From positions 163,122,001 through 163,186,000 of the forward strand of contig NC_042999.1 of NCBI RefSeq assembly GCF_006345805.1: a stretch of 64,000 nt of DNA, in the 5' to 3' direction. Origin of the DNA: Octopus sinensis. Lineage: Eukaryota. Below are positions 34,076-47,655 of this stretch, in pieces; the stretch's first letter is position 1; every line of letters starts with the position of its first letter. The translations under genes and the position numbers were made by a program. Below the pieces are notes generated by a model that was not told the DNA's origin, searched no databases, and saw only the letters and a list, made by a program, of their open reading frames with translations.

Positions 34076-37000
34076 ATAAGTTAAGTTAAGTTAATTTTTT
34101 GGCTCAAAAAGCAAAAAGCAAGGCCATGTATGGGGACATGGAGTTATATACAGGGAGGGTGTTCATGCAAAGAGTTCAGGCCATTTCTGGTCAAGAGAGA
34201 CTTTGAACCGAGCGGTCGTCGGCATCTTCACTATCTCATCCAGCAGCTTATTCCACGGATCCGCAACCCGGACGGAGAAAGCCCCTCTCCTTCGATTGAG
34301 ATGAAATCGTCGCGGATAGAACTTTTCGGAATGACCCCGCAGCCGACGCTCTGGAGCAGGAGTGAAGAACAGCTCTTTCGAGAGGTTACACTTTCCGCTT
34401 ATGATGTGAGCGAGAATGAGATCACCACGGCATTGTCGTTTTTTGAGAGAATAAAGGTCGAGCGTCTTCAGCCTTTCTTCATAAGACAAATGATTGAGAC
34501 CAAGAACCATGCGGGTAGCCAGCTTCTGGACTCTTTCGAGATGAGGTATGTCTTTGAGGAGATAAGGAGAAGAGGCTTGAATCCCGTACTCCAATATGGG
34601 TCTCACCAGCGTGACACAGAGCGGTAGGAATATGGCTGCTGTGAGCATTCCGAATGACCGTCGAATCAAAAACAGAACTCCGCGTGCTTTGTTGGCAGCA
34701 TGGATGCACTAGGCCGAAGGCGAAAAGGAAGAATCCACCAAGATACCCAGGTCCTTTACCTGATTGATCCTCTCCAGCAGCAGACGACCCGGCTCGAAAT
34801 CAAGTTGAGTTGCAGGAGAGGAGCCAACAGGCAGATGACAGCACTTTGACATGTTTAGACACAGGTCCCATTCGTTAGACCATCTCCAAACTTGGTGGAG
34901 TCATCGACGAAGATCATCTATATCACTGCGAGGAGCGACCAGTTTGACATCATCGGCAAATAGAAAGGTGTGTTGCGTGAGGTCATCGGGCAAGTCATTT
35001 ATGAAGACTAAAAACAATAAGGGCCCAAGCACTGAACCTTGAGGCACACCACTGCTCGCACTGGAGATGTTGGACAGCGAAACATTAACTTGGACTTGGA
35101 AGGAGCGATCTGAGAGGAAGGCACCAACCCATCGTACAATATCCGGATGGAAACTATATGCTTGAAGCTTGACAAGTAATAGGCGGTGGTTAACCGAGTC
35201 AAAAGCTTTGGCAAAGTCCAATAAAACGATGTTAACAGCATCACCATCATCCAGGATACGCATCACCAATTCTTCCATTACCAGTAAGTTGGTCAAGCAT
35301 GATCTCTTCGGCACGAAGCTGTCTTGGGAATCAGAGATAGAGGCTGTTTGAACTCTGAATGTAAAGAGATTTAACTCAACATTGCACATTTTATTTAATA
35401 TCTTACTAATTTTATCATCCATTAACTATCACTACTGACTCAAGAAAAGACCACAATTATCACCACAACTTCCACCCTTTGTCATACTGAAATCTCTGCA
35501 ACACAGAATCGACCCGTAAGTTTCAATCCTGTACCATCAATTAGGCTCAACATTGTAATGTTTAATCAAAGTATATTTTCTATAAATTTTCTTTGGTAAA
35601 GCTTTACTGCAGATTATTTCCCGCCAACAATCCATGGCATTTCATACACGACATTTGTCAGTGACTTTGTAACAGTTTTCGATTCCGTATTGACAATAAG
35701 TCTGAGTACCCTTCCAGTTCCTCACTTACAATAGCTACCATTTCCTTGGAATGCTTACCTTTAGGTAAAATATTTGCATCTAATAGTTAATATTCTTTCT
35801 ACCCTTATACTTCTTCACAGAAAATGAACTTGTCAAAAGCTTTGGCAAAGTCCAATAAAACGATGTTAACAGCATCACCATCATCCAGGATATGCGTCAC
35901 CAATTCTTCCATTACCAGTAAGTTGGTCAAGCATGATCTCTTCGGCACGAAGCCCTGTTGGGAATCAGAGATAGAGGCTGTGTTTTGGAGGTGGAGTCAG
36001 CCAAGTCTCAGTGATAGCTATCACATCTGGGGAATCACGCATGGCCAGTGTAAATAATTCGCTGAACTTTGGAAATAAGGAGCACAAGTTGGTATAGACG
36101 ATGCTGAGCTGTGAAGTTTGAGGGGCGGAAATTAGGGAACAAGCAGAATAAGGGGTATCAGAGATAGCATCGTTGTCGGGGGTATCTACTTTACTTCGAT
36201 TCGCCCTCGATTCATTTTCCCTGTCAGCACTACAGCATGCGACCAGGGGTAGGACTTGATTATTTGTCCATCTTGGATGCGTGAACCCTTCTCTCCCATC
36301 TGTTTTCTCATCTTCAGTTCAGATATCAGGTTTCTCCGACGAATTCTCTCTCTCAGTGAGTATTCCTCACGAAAACCCATATTGGGGTCCTCCCAGACAT
36401 GCTTCTGAGCTCTGTTCAGAAATGTTGAAGCCTCCTGATCGGAAGAAAAGATTACTCTTATTGGGCATGGTCTGGTGTCTGAGGTTGAGTTCACTTGGAA
36501 TCTTCCTAGCCGAGTGACCTTATGGATACTGACATTTTCGCTGACAGAGAACAATTCATCATCATCATCATTTAACGTCCGTTCTCCATGCTAGCATGGG
36601 TTGGACGGTTCAACCGGGGATCTGGGAAGCCAGAAGGCTGCACCAGGCTCCGGTCTTATCTGGCAATGTTTCTACAGCTGGATGCCCTTCCTAACGCCAA
36701 CTACTCCATGAGTGTAGTGGGTGCTTTTTACGTGCCACCCGCACAAGTGCCAGGCGAGGCTGGCCACGGTCGGATTGGTGCATTTTATGTGCCACCAGCA
36801 CGGAAGCCAGTTGAGGCGATGCTGGCATCGGCCACGATTCGGATAGCGCTTTTTACGTACCACCAGTCCAGGGGTCCTGGCAACTGCCGGGTGCCAGTCA
36901 TAGGATTGGTTCAATTTCGATTCCGATTTCACTTGCCTTTTGATTTCACTTGCCAAATAAAATGGAAACAAAATTTATGTCTTCTTTTAGGCGGTTTATG

Positions 37001-37200
37001 CCTGTATCACAGGTGGATTCAGCTTTACCATAAATGATTGCTGATCTTGAGTGGGCAAAATGGTCGTTCTGTTCTCTACTGTGAACTGCGGCATTCGATT
37101 CTTCATTGATAAATTAGAAAGGGCAGTTTCGTAGCCATCAGACTTATGTAGGCCTTTGGGGTCGATCGGAATGGGTTTAGTGGTCATAACTTTCCCGCCT
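34076..37200 (-). mobile_element. CR1/L2-type LINE, rearranged (ORF1, APE N-terminus, RT, C-terminus, (CTTAA)n tail)
   Basis: VYTN...PDVIAITETWL, LDFAKAFDSVNH, GVPQGSVLGPLLF, FADD and LVRPILEYG. Interrupted by a 484-bp insert and an RTE tail (36556-36950). Confidence 0.85.
36556..36950 (-). mobile_element. RTE 3'UTR and tail fragment nested in the CR1/L2 element
   Basis: Family motifs and (CAT)n on the + strand. Confidence 0.8.
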
Positions 37201-38064
37201 GGGCAGTATGATGTATATAGTTACTCTTCTTTGCAAGTTGAATGACCACATTTCGTTAGTAAAAGATTCAATCTAGACTAAAATTACTATGTACACCATC
37301 AATTTTTTTTTTAATCACAAATCTTGTTAATTAGATATTAACGAAAGCAAGGAAGGAACTCAGAGAGATCTGAGTCTACTGTAAATGATGAGTGCTACTG
37401 TGCAATTTATCACTTGCTTGAGGCAGGCCCTTGTATTTCCCTCTTGTTGAGTGTGGTTCCTGTCTTGCAAGCTGACAAACTCCATGCTGTAGTTCACCTT
37501 TCCAATGGAAACTCATAGTTGCAACTTCCTGTATTCTAGTAATGGAGGCTTCTGATTGACTTAAATAACATAATCTTAAATGTCTGTAACTATTTTATTA
37601 TTAATTTCAAGAATAAAAAAAAAAGAAAAAAGAAAGAAACAATTCTGTTTGAGAAAAAACTGGCCTCTCTTTGAAATATCAATGAAACAAGATTGGATTT
37701 ATTCAGTTATTCATTCCCTCTTTCCATTTATTTTTAAATATTGTTTTTACCATACTGCCTTTCTTAATCTTGATAGTATGACTATAAAAGCTGTGCTCAG
37801 TTGTTCCTTCTTAGCAATATTACTAAAGAATAACACATTATCAGGAATAATCCTGGTGTGAGTCATTTTATCAAAGGATGACCTTGTGGTAGGTTATATA
37901 ATAAAAGAATAGCTTTGTGGTGGATTGTGTTATCAAAGAAATGTTGGTATAGCTGTGTCATCAAGATTAAGTTGGAAAAAGGGAATGAATAAATCCAGTA
38001 TTGTTTCCTGTCATTTGAGACAGACATTTTCTTTTTTTTTTTCTTTTTTCTTTGTTTGTTATTT

Positions 38065-38424
38065 AACTGAGGCCATGCTGGAGCACTGCCTTTAGTCAAA
38101 CAAATCGACCCAGGACTTATTCTTTGTAAGTCTAGTACTTATTCTATCAATTTCTTTTTGCCAAACCACTAGGTTTTGGGGATGTAAATACACCAACATT
38201 GGTTGTCAAGCAATGGTGAGGGGATAAACACAGACACACAAATACACACACAAACAAACAAACAAACAATGGGCTTCTTTCAGTTTCTGTCTACCAAACC
38301 CACTCACATGACTTTGGGTGGCTTTGAGGCTATAGTAGAAGACATTTGCCCAAGATGCCACGCAGTGGGATTGAGCCTGGAACCATGTGGTTGGGAAGTA
38401 AGCTTCTTACCACACAACCACTCT
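38065..38424 (-). mobile_element. Older SINE family B copy
   Basis: Diverged match to family B. Confidence 0.7.
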
Positions 38425-39259
38425 TGAATAATTTTTAAAGACAGACTACAATTTTTGACATAGACAGAATTGTTTTAACATAAACTGACACTCCTTATGT
38501 ATTGTCTCTTGACTTTTTATGTTGATTATCTGACTCTCTGTCTGTAATTCTGTTTGTGCTTCTAACTAATGATCTGTTCAGTTAAATTTGATTATCTGCT
38601 TATCCATCTGATATTTGCCTGGCTTTCTAAGGTTGCAGTAAAAGTTGACAGAGTTTATTCCTGATGTTATGTAAATAGGATTTTTCTCATCTTCATGCTA
38701 AGGATTGTGTCATGGAATTGCTTCCCATCTTTTGTCATGGTTGTCACCAGGAAGGGAAAAAAAATATGTAGAGAACTCTACTTAATGTAAAAAAAATGTA
38801 AAAAAATGTAAACATCAGGTCTATATCGCTAGGAATGAAGTGGAGCATTAGAAGTGTGCTAGTGTTCTACATTGTAAGGTTGAAGAGTGAAGTGCTTTCA
38901 GTTATGAAATGAATTGTGCTGTTGTTTTAAAAGAAATGTGCTTGAAGTGATACGGGCATATTTATCCTCAGTGATAATGAATCAAAAGTAGTAGAGAAGC
39001 ATTATTAGGAAGTTTGCTGAATTAAGTGTTTGACTAGAGCAGGAAGAGCTTACTTGTAGTGGAAGGTAAAGAGTGAGTGGAAAATAGAAGTAGAGAGGTT
39101 AAGGACATGAAGACTGAGGAAGGTGCAAGTGGGTTTTGAATAACTGAAAGAATTATGATAGATCAGGTTTTGTAGAAAGCTATTGAATAGTATTACTGTC
39201 ATCTTCTTCAGTTGATAATTGAGAGAGTGAAAGAGAGAGAATTAATAGTTCAGATTTAA

Positions 39260-39480
39260 CCCTTTAGCATTCAAACTGGCCATATCCAGCCGAAATATTT
39301 AACCTGTTTTATATTGAAACTGTCCAGATCTCGCCTCTCACCTCAGCCCTACCATGTCGTTCTAAATCTAAAAAAATCACATCATTGAAATCTCTAAACT
39401 ACAAGATAATGCATGATTAATTCAAAATGATATAAATAAAAAAAAAACACATTTGACAGAATAATTTGAACACTAAAGTG
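39260..39480. mobile_element. piggyBac-type MITE
   Basis: TTAA|CCCTTTAGCATT...CACTAAAGTG|TTAA, same family as 26476. Confidence 0.65.
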
Positions 39481-40083
39481 TTAAAGATGTTAGAAAATGT
39501 GTTAGTGAAATGTTCACAGTCCTTTTGGTTAGATAGGATACAGTTCAGTTTACACCAGGATATGCAATCTGAAGTTTATATCTTGGTAACGATTAAACTA
39601 CTCTGTTTCATCTACGATGACCTAGAGAAGGCGTTTGATGAGGTCCAATTTATAAATGTCAGCATTCTGAGAACTTTAGTCTTGGTGGAAACTATAGGAT
39701 ACATATTTAAGTAATGTAATGTTGTATAGTGGTAAAACATACAGTAAAGGTGAAAGATTTACAGTCAAAGATTTAGTTTGGCATGATTCAATTATGAGCA
39801 AAGCAATTTGTGAGATTGGTTATGTATGGAAAAAAAAAAAAAGAAGAAATTATGCATGTCTCAGTGATTATACATACTTAGTGAAAAGCATCTTGGCAAA
39901 GACATATTGGGAGTAGAGTAAGAAAAACATGAATACGTAGCTCAGAGCTCTAAACATTGTTGGGCCTTTCAGGTTAGGTGACACAAGTTGAACCATATAA
40001 GAAGATACTGTATAGCAGACATTCACTGCACCTTATTGTTTAAAACAATTTAGATGATGTAGTTATAAATACATAATATAAAC

Positions 40084-41197
40084 TACTTGTTTCAGTCATT
40101 AGACTGCAGCCATGCTGGGTCCACTACTTTGAAGAATTTTTAGTTGAGCAAATCAACCCCGGTATTTATTTTTCTGAAGCCTGGTATTTATTCTATTAGT
40201 CCTTTTTGTTGAACCACTAAGTTACGTGAACATGGATACAGCAACAGCAGTTGTCAAGCAGTGATGAGAACAAAGACATACACATACACATATACATATT
40301 CAACAGCCTTCTTTCAGTTTCTGTCTACCAAATCCACTCACAAGGCTGTAGTGGAAGTCACTTGCCCAAGGTTTCATGCTGTGGGGCTGAGCTTAGAACA
40401 ATGTGACTGGGAAGTAAACTTCTTACCACACAGCCATACTCTTTTACTTGTTTCAGTCATTTGACTGCGGCCATGCTGGAGCACCGCCTTTAGTCGAGCC
40501 AATTGATACCGGGACTTATTCTTTTGTAAGCCCAGTACTTATTCTATCGGTCTCTTTTGCCGAACCGCTAAGTGACGGGGACGTAAACACACCAGCATCG
40601 GTTGTCAAGCAATGCTAGGGGGACAAACACAGACACACAAACATACACACAAATACATATATATGTATACATATATACATAAGGCTTCTTTCAGTTTCTG
40701 TCTACCAAATCCACTCACAAGGCATTGGTCGGCCCGAGGCTATAGCAGAAGACACTTGCCCAAGGTGCCACGCAGTGGGACTGAACCCGGAACCATGTGG
40801 TTGGTAAGCAAGCTACTTACCACACAGCCACTCCTGCGCCTATTTGTAAACAGCCATGCTGTTTATAAATATGTATTTTCGTAAATATATAGGATGGCAT
40901 CTTGGGCAAGTGTCTTCTGCTATAGCCCCGGGCCGACCAATGCCTTGTGAGTAGATTTGGTAGACGGAAACTGGAAGAAGCCTGTCGTATATATGTATAT
41001 ATATATAAGTGTGTGTGTGTATATGTTTGTCCCCCTAGCATTGCTTGACAACAGATGCTGGTGTGTTTACGTCCCTGTCACTTAGCGGTTTGGCAAAAGA
41101 GACCGATAGAATAAGTACTGGGCTTACAAAGAATAAGTCCCGGGGTCGATTTGCTCGACTAAAGGCAGTGCTCAAGTAAAAGAGTAAAAGAGTAAAA
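40084..41197. mobile_element. Cluster of three SINE B copies: 40084-40436 (-), 40437-40841 (-), 40896-41197 (+)
   Basis: Each matches family B by eye. Confidence 0.85.
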
Positions 41198-41699
41198 TGT
41201 ACAAATAGGATGTTTTTGTATTTATTTATATGCTTATGGTTTCCAGGATATCTGTTTAATTTGTGCTCATTTTCATCAGTAATTAGTGTGTAAATATAGT
41301 GCTCATAACCATAGTAAATTGTTATATTATTTTAGTAATCTGATTCATTCTGATTGCCTTAACCACTAAGGCTAATCTATAGTATGTTTCCCACCACCAT
41401 CATCCACAAGTATTTTAATGCTACTAACATCAACAATGCTATTACTACCATCTGCATGACTATAACTAACATTGCTAGTGTTATAACTCTCATCACAATA
41501 CTTCACCCAAAAAAACTATTGCAACAATCACTACCACTTCTATCATCTGCTGCACCCACTATCACCAAGTGGATTCTCACCAACTTCATTATCATTCCCA
41601 CTATCATTAAGGCCAACTACTATCAGTCTCACCACTACCATGATCAGTTATTTGTTTTGTCTTGATAAGAACTCAGCAAACAAGTTCAACTTTACATAT

Positions 41700-42085
41700 G
41701 GATGGAAGCACTCCATCGGTTACAACGACGAGGGTTCCGGTTGATCTGATCAACAGAACAGCCTGCTCGTGAAATTAACGTGTAAGTGGCTGAGCACTCC
41801 ACAGACACGTGTACCCTTAACGTAGTTCTCGGGGATATTCAGCGTGACACAGAGAGTGACAAGGCCGGCCCTTTGAAGTACAGGTACAACAGAAACAGGA
41901 AGTAAGAGTGAGAGAAAGTTGTGGTGAAAGAGTACAGCAAGGATCACCACCATCCCTGCCGGAGCTTTCGTGGAGCTTTAGGTGTTTTCGCTCAATAAAC
42001 ACTCACAATGCCCGGTCTGGGAATTGAAACCACGATCCTACGACCGCGAGTCTGCTGCCCTAACCACTGGGCCATTGCGCCTCCT
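41700..42085 (-). mobile_element. SINE family C with a 10-bp TSD
   Basis: TSD CTTTACATAT at 41690-41699 and 42086-42095. Confidence 0.88.
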
Positions 42086-43136
42086 CTTTACATATACATT
42101 TCATATCTTTCCTGTTATTTTTACTTTGGGCAATGACGACTAAAGTAACCTCTTCACTTCTAGCTAAAAACTAAACTCACACTGTCACAATCTATCATTC
42201 ACTGTTTTACTCCCACACTGTCATTTTCATATAACTCTAATCTTACATGATTTTCCATTTCTTCTGTCCATTTTATCCCACCTTACTCTGTTACTGCAGT
42301 GAGATGGCCTCTGATCCACTGTCACCCTTGTGTTATGCCTTGCAGCCAAAGTTTCTCTTTCATGCACACAGGAACACTTAATTTAACTTACTAATGCCAT
42401 GCATTATGTTTGAACCATAGTAGTTTCCTGTGATTAGTCTATTAAGCAATCAGTCAGTGTCAAGCCATTGTGTAATTCAACCTTCTAGAATCTTCTTGTG
42501 CCCTGTAAAATGGCTGCTTTTGGTGGCAATTGCAGAATGTTGAGGTAGCTGTCTGTTGTGGCTTCATTCTCATGACAGCCAAATGGTTAAGACAAATGGC
42601 TGATAGTTGACAGAAGTTTCCTTTGCCACGAATATAGCATGGTTTCCAGTTACGATGGGCCAGTCACAGATAGTTATATCAATAATCTTGCTGTAAAACT
42701 CCAGTATGTTTCTCCTAGTATGTAATTATTACTGTTATTATTTATAAAAGACCAACATGATTAAACTCTATGTGCAATAATAAAATCTTCTGTTAATTGT
42801 TTGTAGGTGTTACTTCTTCATGCAGCCCAAGACATAGATTTTCATTCATCAACTCAACCAGTTATCACCTCTGATCAGCAAAAAAAACTCGCAACAAAAC
42901 TTTTGGAGAGAGTTTATAGTTCCTCACTGTAGCCTTTGATCTCTCTTTGGACATATAGGTCCTTAATAAATTCAAGACTTTGTCTAAGTTTGTAGTACCT
43001 CTATATAATGTAAATAAAATCAGTTATTAATGTCCAATTGTAGATTTTTCAATAATTTTCTACAGTCTCCTTTAAGGATGTTTTATTCCTGGAAAGATTA
43101 ATGAAGGAACTCGAGATTATTATTATCATTCCCAAG

Positions 43137-43325
43137 GTGGTAAGCTTTCAGCAACATTGGAGCATTGGATAACATACCTTACTGTATTCCAGCTCTTTAT
43201 GTTCTAAGCTCAAATTCTGCTGAGATCAACTTGGCTTTTCTTCCTTTTGGGGTTGATAAAATAAAGTACTTGTTTAGTACTGATACTTGAGTAAACCTTT
43301 CTTCTTAAAATTGCTGGCTCTGTCA
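43137..43325 (+). mobile_element. Old SINE with a V-domain-like centre
   Basis: GGCTTTTCTTCCTTTTGGGGTTGATAAAATAAAGTAC resembles the GCCTTTCATCCTTTCGGGGTCGATAAAATAAGTAC motif. A similar relic lies at about 45815-46010. Confidence 0.4.
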
Positions 43326-44344
43326 GAGTGATTGGCAGAAACACTGCTGAAGTGTTTTACAGCATTTTTCTTTTTTCATGCGATGATTGACTTTTCAATT
43401 CATCTTTTCAGGTACCAGTGAGAGGCAGGGTAGAGGATCAGTATTACTGTTTTTTCCTCCCAAATGTTATTGTCCTTGTGTCACAAAAACAGAAGCTTTA
43501 TTTGCATATATGTAATTCCTTGCAATAATACCTGTTAATTTCCTCCAAGCCTTCCTTTAATAGAAGTTGAGCTGCGTAGAGTAAAAATGGATTTTAATTT
43601 CTGTCCAACAATGAAGGCATATGTCTCAGCTAAATAGCAGGCTAGACTTGTTGAATATGGATGAGATGAGTTTTCATTGAGAATAAGATAATGATTTTAG
43701 AAGTACTTGAGCGTATAATGATCATGTCAAGTCTATATAGGCTGTTCCCTGTGCTCTATTCATTCTCCAAAACATAAACTGAAATGATTCCCTACATTGT
43801 TCACCTTTACAATGACTAATCAGATAGTCTCTCCTGGAAAAGTATGCTGTCAGTGATGTAGGTTTCATTTCATCTTCAACATACAGATGTTTGGTTAGTT
43901 GTCTTTGAGCAGTTTTCTAATCCTTCACTGGTCACTTTATCTTGTTGTTAGGCAAAGATACCATATATTTTCAGAAAGTTCTCTTTAATGGACTAGTAAC
44001 CTGTTCCTATCCATGAAAGAGTTTATCTTATATCTACTGAATGCCATGACATCAAACTATTGTGCTTTCTGGAAACCACTTTTAGTAATAAAAAAAAAAA
44101 AAATTTCGTTTTTATTAAAGCTTACATGTGAGAGATTTTAAACTGATACATATAAATTGATATTGTAAATATCTTTACAATGGCTAGATAAGTTAGAAAG
44201 TCACTGTCTGAGGCTCGAATACAAAAGTCTTAGCAGGAAAGAAATTAGAATCCTGCTAACATCTTAGAAGTGGCTGTACTCAATATGGACAACTGAGGTG
44301 TATTCAATAAAAAAAAGGAAGTGATTTGAGAGAAAAACTGGGTA

Positions 44345-44805
44345 TATGAGACATCAGATGTAGTGTGCAAGAGAGAAGACTGTTCTGGTTTAGTCATGTA
44401 ATGCATATAAATGAAGACAGATGCATCAAAAAGTGCTGATCTCTAATTGTTGGGGGGAACATGTGGAAGGGGTAGACCCAAGAAGATGTAGGACAAAGTG
44501 GTGAGAAAAGATCTTCAGACATTGAGTTTCACAGAGAGGATGACAAAGGGCTGTGCTTGAAAAGACACATCAAACCGAGTAAAATTGTAGTTGTTGTTAC
44601 ATACAGGCATGTCCCCTACATCCCTCTTCAGCTGAGGGATCCTAATCTTGTGGGCTGGTGCCACCTAAACAGTACCTATACACTCTATAAAGTGGTTGGT
44701 GTTCCAGCCATAGAAACCATGCCAAAACAGACATGAAACCCAGGCAGCTCTTCAGCTGTCTAACCTATGCCAGCTTGGAAAACGAATGTTAAATGATGAT
44801 GATTT
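44345..44805 (+). mobile_element. Old RTE 3' fragment
   Basis: Degenerate RTE C-terminus (GRGRPKKM*DKVVRKDL) and (ATG)n tail. Confidence 0.65.
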
Positions 44806-46077
44806 TGCATGTAATCATGTTTGTATAAATGAATGATAGAGATGTACCATTATCAAGGCTGTCACTCCTCTTAGGAAAAAATGCAATCTTAGCTGGATTT
44901 ATGTTTGTCAATAGCTTTAGTTAATAGGATTTTTTGACGAGGCTCAGTTTTATTGAAATATTTAGTCACTTTTGCATTCAATCAAGCACAGGATTAGCTA
45001 AAGGCATAACTTTGTGATATTAAACAATTTGAGATAAAATAAAGAGAAACAGACTCACTGACTACTCAAACCATGCATCCATCAATTGCTCAGTAACTAC
45101 GTAACTGATTACACTACAGTCCATCTGCCATTTCATCTTTTCATTAGATATTGTAATGTATTTCTGATATTTTACAAACTTTTACATCTCTTCTGTATCC
45201 ACAGTTTTAGCAAATGCATATAAAGTTTAGAAGAATAAACAAAATAATTTCAGTTAAATAGACAAAAATAGTTTCAATTAACTAACACACCTACATAATT
45301 GTGTGTCCAAATGGTTTAATTGTACTCTTGAAGAATTCTCTATAGGTTTACCTTGCTGTTTTACATACTGTAACTGTAATCAAAATCTTTAAAAGAGCAA
45401 ATTTAAAACCTCAGTTGTGTACTAGACTACTGAGACAGTATGCTGAATGTTGTGGTATGAACTTGAACATGCTGGTAGACTATCACTAAGATGATCACAG
45501 TAAACAAACATAATATTGAAAATGTTTGTTTCATATACCTTTGACCTTCCATTCATTTGCAATGTGACAGTATAAAAGAAATTCAGTTTATAAAGCATCA
45601 ATAACATTTAACTAAGTAGGGTACATTTGTATAATTTGAAAAATTTCCTTGAGATTTAAGCTTTGTTTTTAGAATGCCAGTGTGCTGTAAGTATTGCAGT
45701 ATAACTGTAAGATTTTGAAGTTGATAAAATAAGTATTATGATCAATTAATTCACTATACTGTCCCCAGTTAATTTGTGACCTTGTGCTAATGTGAGAAAT
45801 CCTTGCTATGATAATAGAATGGCGCAATTGGTAAAAATGTTAGACTTGCAGTATTTGTATTCCTTTACATTCCATGTTTAAATTCCACTGATGTTCACTT
45901 TGCTTTTCATTCTTCCAGTGTTTATAAATTAAATACCAATCGAGTTTTGAGGTTATTTAATTCAACTATACTCATCTCCTTTAAATTTGTAGTTTCTGGT
46001 GCCATTATAAGAAGTTCTTATTAAATTCAAAGGCTTGGTAATATTTTACTTGATTTCTTTCTCTTTCTTTTGCCTAG

Positions 46078-46199
46078 GTGGCTCATAGAACAACTGGTAA
46101 GGTGATGGTGTTGAAAATGAACACCTGTTCAAGCAATCGTCCAAATATGTTGAGGGAAGTACAGCTGATGAATAGACTTTCTCATCCTAACATACTCCG
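46078..46199 (+). CDS. TESK2: TESK kinase coding exon 2 (122 nt, kinase subdomains II-IV)
   Basis: [44 protein letters not shown]| acceptor and CG|GTAAT donor, phase 2. Confidence 0.95.
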
Positions 46200-46508
46200 G
46201 TAATATAGCTATCTTTTAATTTCATTTAAGTAATCGTTACTTTGCACTCACTATTCCTCTAGCTCATTCGATAATTGGGGCAACACTAAACGCTTCATAT
46301 TCAAGTAGTGATTCAAAAAAGAATGCACAGCTGCTTCCTCTTGTCCAATGGGATGATGAATCTTTCCAGTGCTGGGGTTGAAAATGAAATCGCTTATTTC
46401 ACAGAGACAGTTTAGGTTTGGTGACAGTTTCGTCAGTATGTTGGTGCATTATCATGTCAGTCAGTCACAACTTTAATTGAATCCTTAACTGATCTTAATT
46501 TTACTAAC

Positions 46509-47003
46509 GTCGAGGCGGCGCTGGCAACGGCCACGTACGGATGGTACTTTTTATGTGCCACCGGCACAGGTATCACAACTACTATTTCCATTGATATTTA
46601 TGGAAATAGTAGTTGTGATACCTGTGCCGGTAACACATAAAAAGCACCATCCGAACGTGGCCGATGCCAGCGCCGCCTCGACTGGCTTCTGTGTCAGTGG
46701 CACATAAAAAGCACTATCCGAACGTGGTTGTTGCCAGCGCCGCCTTGGCTGGTTCCGTGCCGGTGGCACGTTAAAAGCTCCAACCGATCGTGGCCGATGC
46801 CGGACCCTCCTGGCACCTGTGCAAGTGGCACGTAAAAAGCACCCACTACACTCGCCGAGTGGTTGGCGTTAGGAAGGGCATCCAGCTGTAGAAACTCTGC
46901 CAGATCAGACTGGAGCCTGGTGCATCCCCTGGCTTCCCAGACCCCGGTCGAACCGTCCAACCCGTGCTAGCGCGGAAAACGGACGTTAAACGATGATGAT
47001 GAT
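46509..47003 (+). mobile_element. RTE 3'UTR fragment with an 83-bp foldback duplication at its 5' end
   Basis: 46509-46591 is the reverse complement of 46600-46682 (5 mismatches, 8-nt spacer). Confidence 0.85.
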
Positions 47004-47267
47004 TAAACTACCTATAAAATGGCCAAAGGGGTAAGATATTTGGGTACCAATTCATATCAGTCTAAGGCATTTTTTCATTTTTTGTTATTTCATTTATTCT
47101 ATATACCCAACACCATCTTAGAATAGTTATCTGTAATAGACAAACACTTTATCTTGTGGGGAAATTTTCTAATCTGCTGAAAGTTGAAACCAAGACTGGA
47201 GTTAACTAACAGTTCATATGTTGATATGTGAGAGGATTAATTTAAATTACTTATGTGCTTTAATTAA

Positions 47268-47655
47268 TCTTTATATATAAAAGTGAGGTTGTGTGCTGTC
47301 TGTCTCCTACGATTTAGATTCCTAACTACTCCCACATTTTGCAGTGCAGCTTAACCAAAACCGGGTATCTTATAGTCGTGATTCATATCGAGCCCTTCTG
47401 GGTATTAGCGTGTGTCTACGATTTAAAAAAAAATTTACTATCAATTTTTCCCATTTTTAATGCATTTTTGGCATATATAAGGGAAGTAACTCTCGAAAAA
47501 TGTATTATTAAATCTCAGAACGTAAAAAGCTACAGTAACCCTCCCCCCCCTTTGTGGTTAGCCATATTGAGATGGCTATTATACTTTACATCTCTAAAAA
47601 TGCTTATATAGTTATTTCCCTTACAAACCCGAGCAACGCCGAGCGATACTGCTAG
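47268..47655 (+). mobile_element. Non-autonomous Helitron
   Basis: A|TC start, subterminal CCCGAGCAACGCCGAG hairpin region and CTAG|T end. Second copy at 58806. Confidence 0.8.

Larger units (their letters stand above)
16519..46077 (+). other. TESK coding intron 1 (29,559 bp, GT-AG, phase 0)
   Basis: Splicing joins ...SEVYK|VAHRTTGK... in frame. A polypyrimidine tract precedes TAG at 46075-46077. Confidence 0.9.

Noticed and set aside
34130-34627. 165-aa ORF on the + strand, and similar ORFs at 24807-25699 and 20965-21486
   Set aside because: Antisense shadows of LINE or transposase coding sequence with no independent motifs.
40612-40884. Recurrent MLGGQTQTHKH... ORFs (also 1814, 53806, 55481 and 57508) and MDGSTG... 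ORFs
   Set aside because: Translations of SINE B and RTE 3'UTR copies, not genes.
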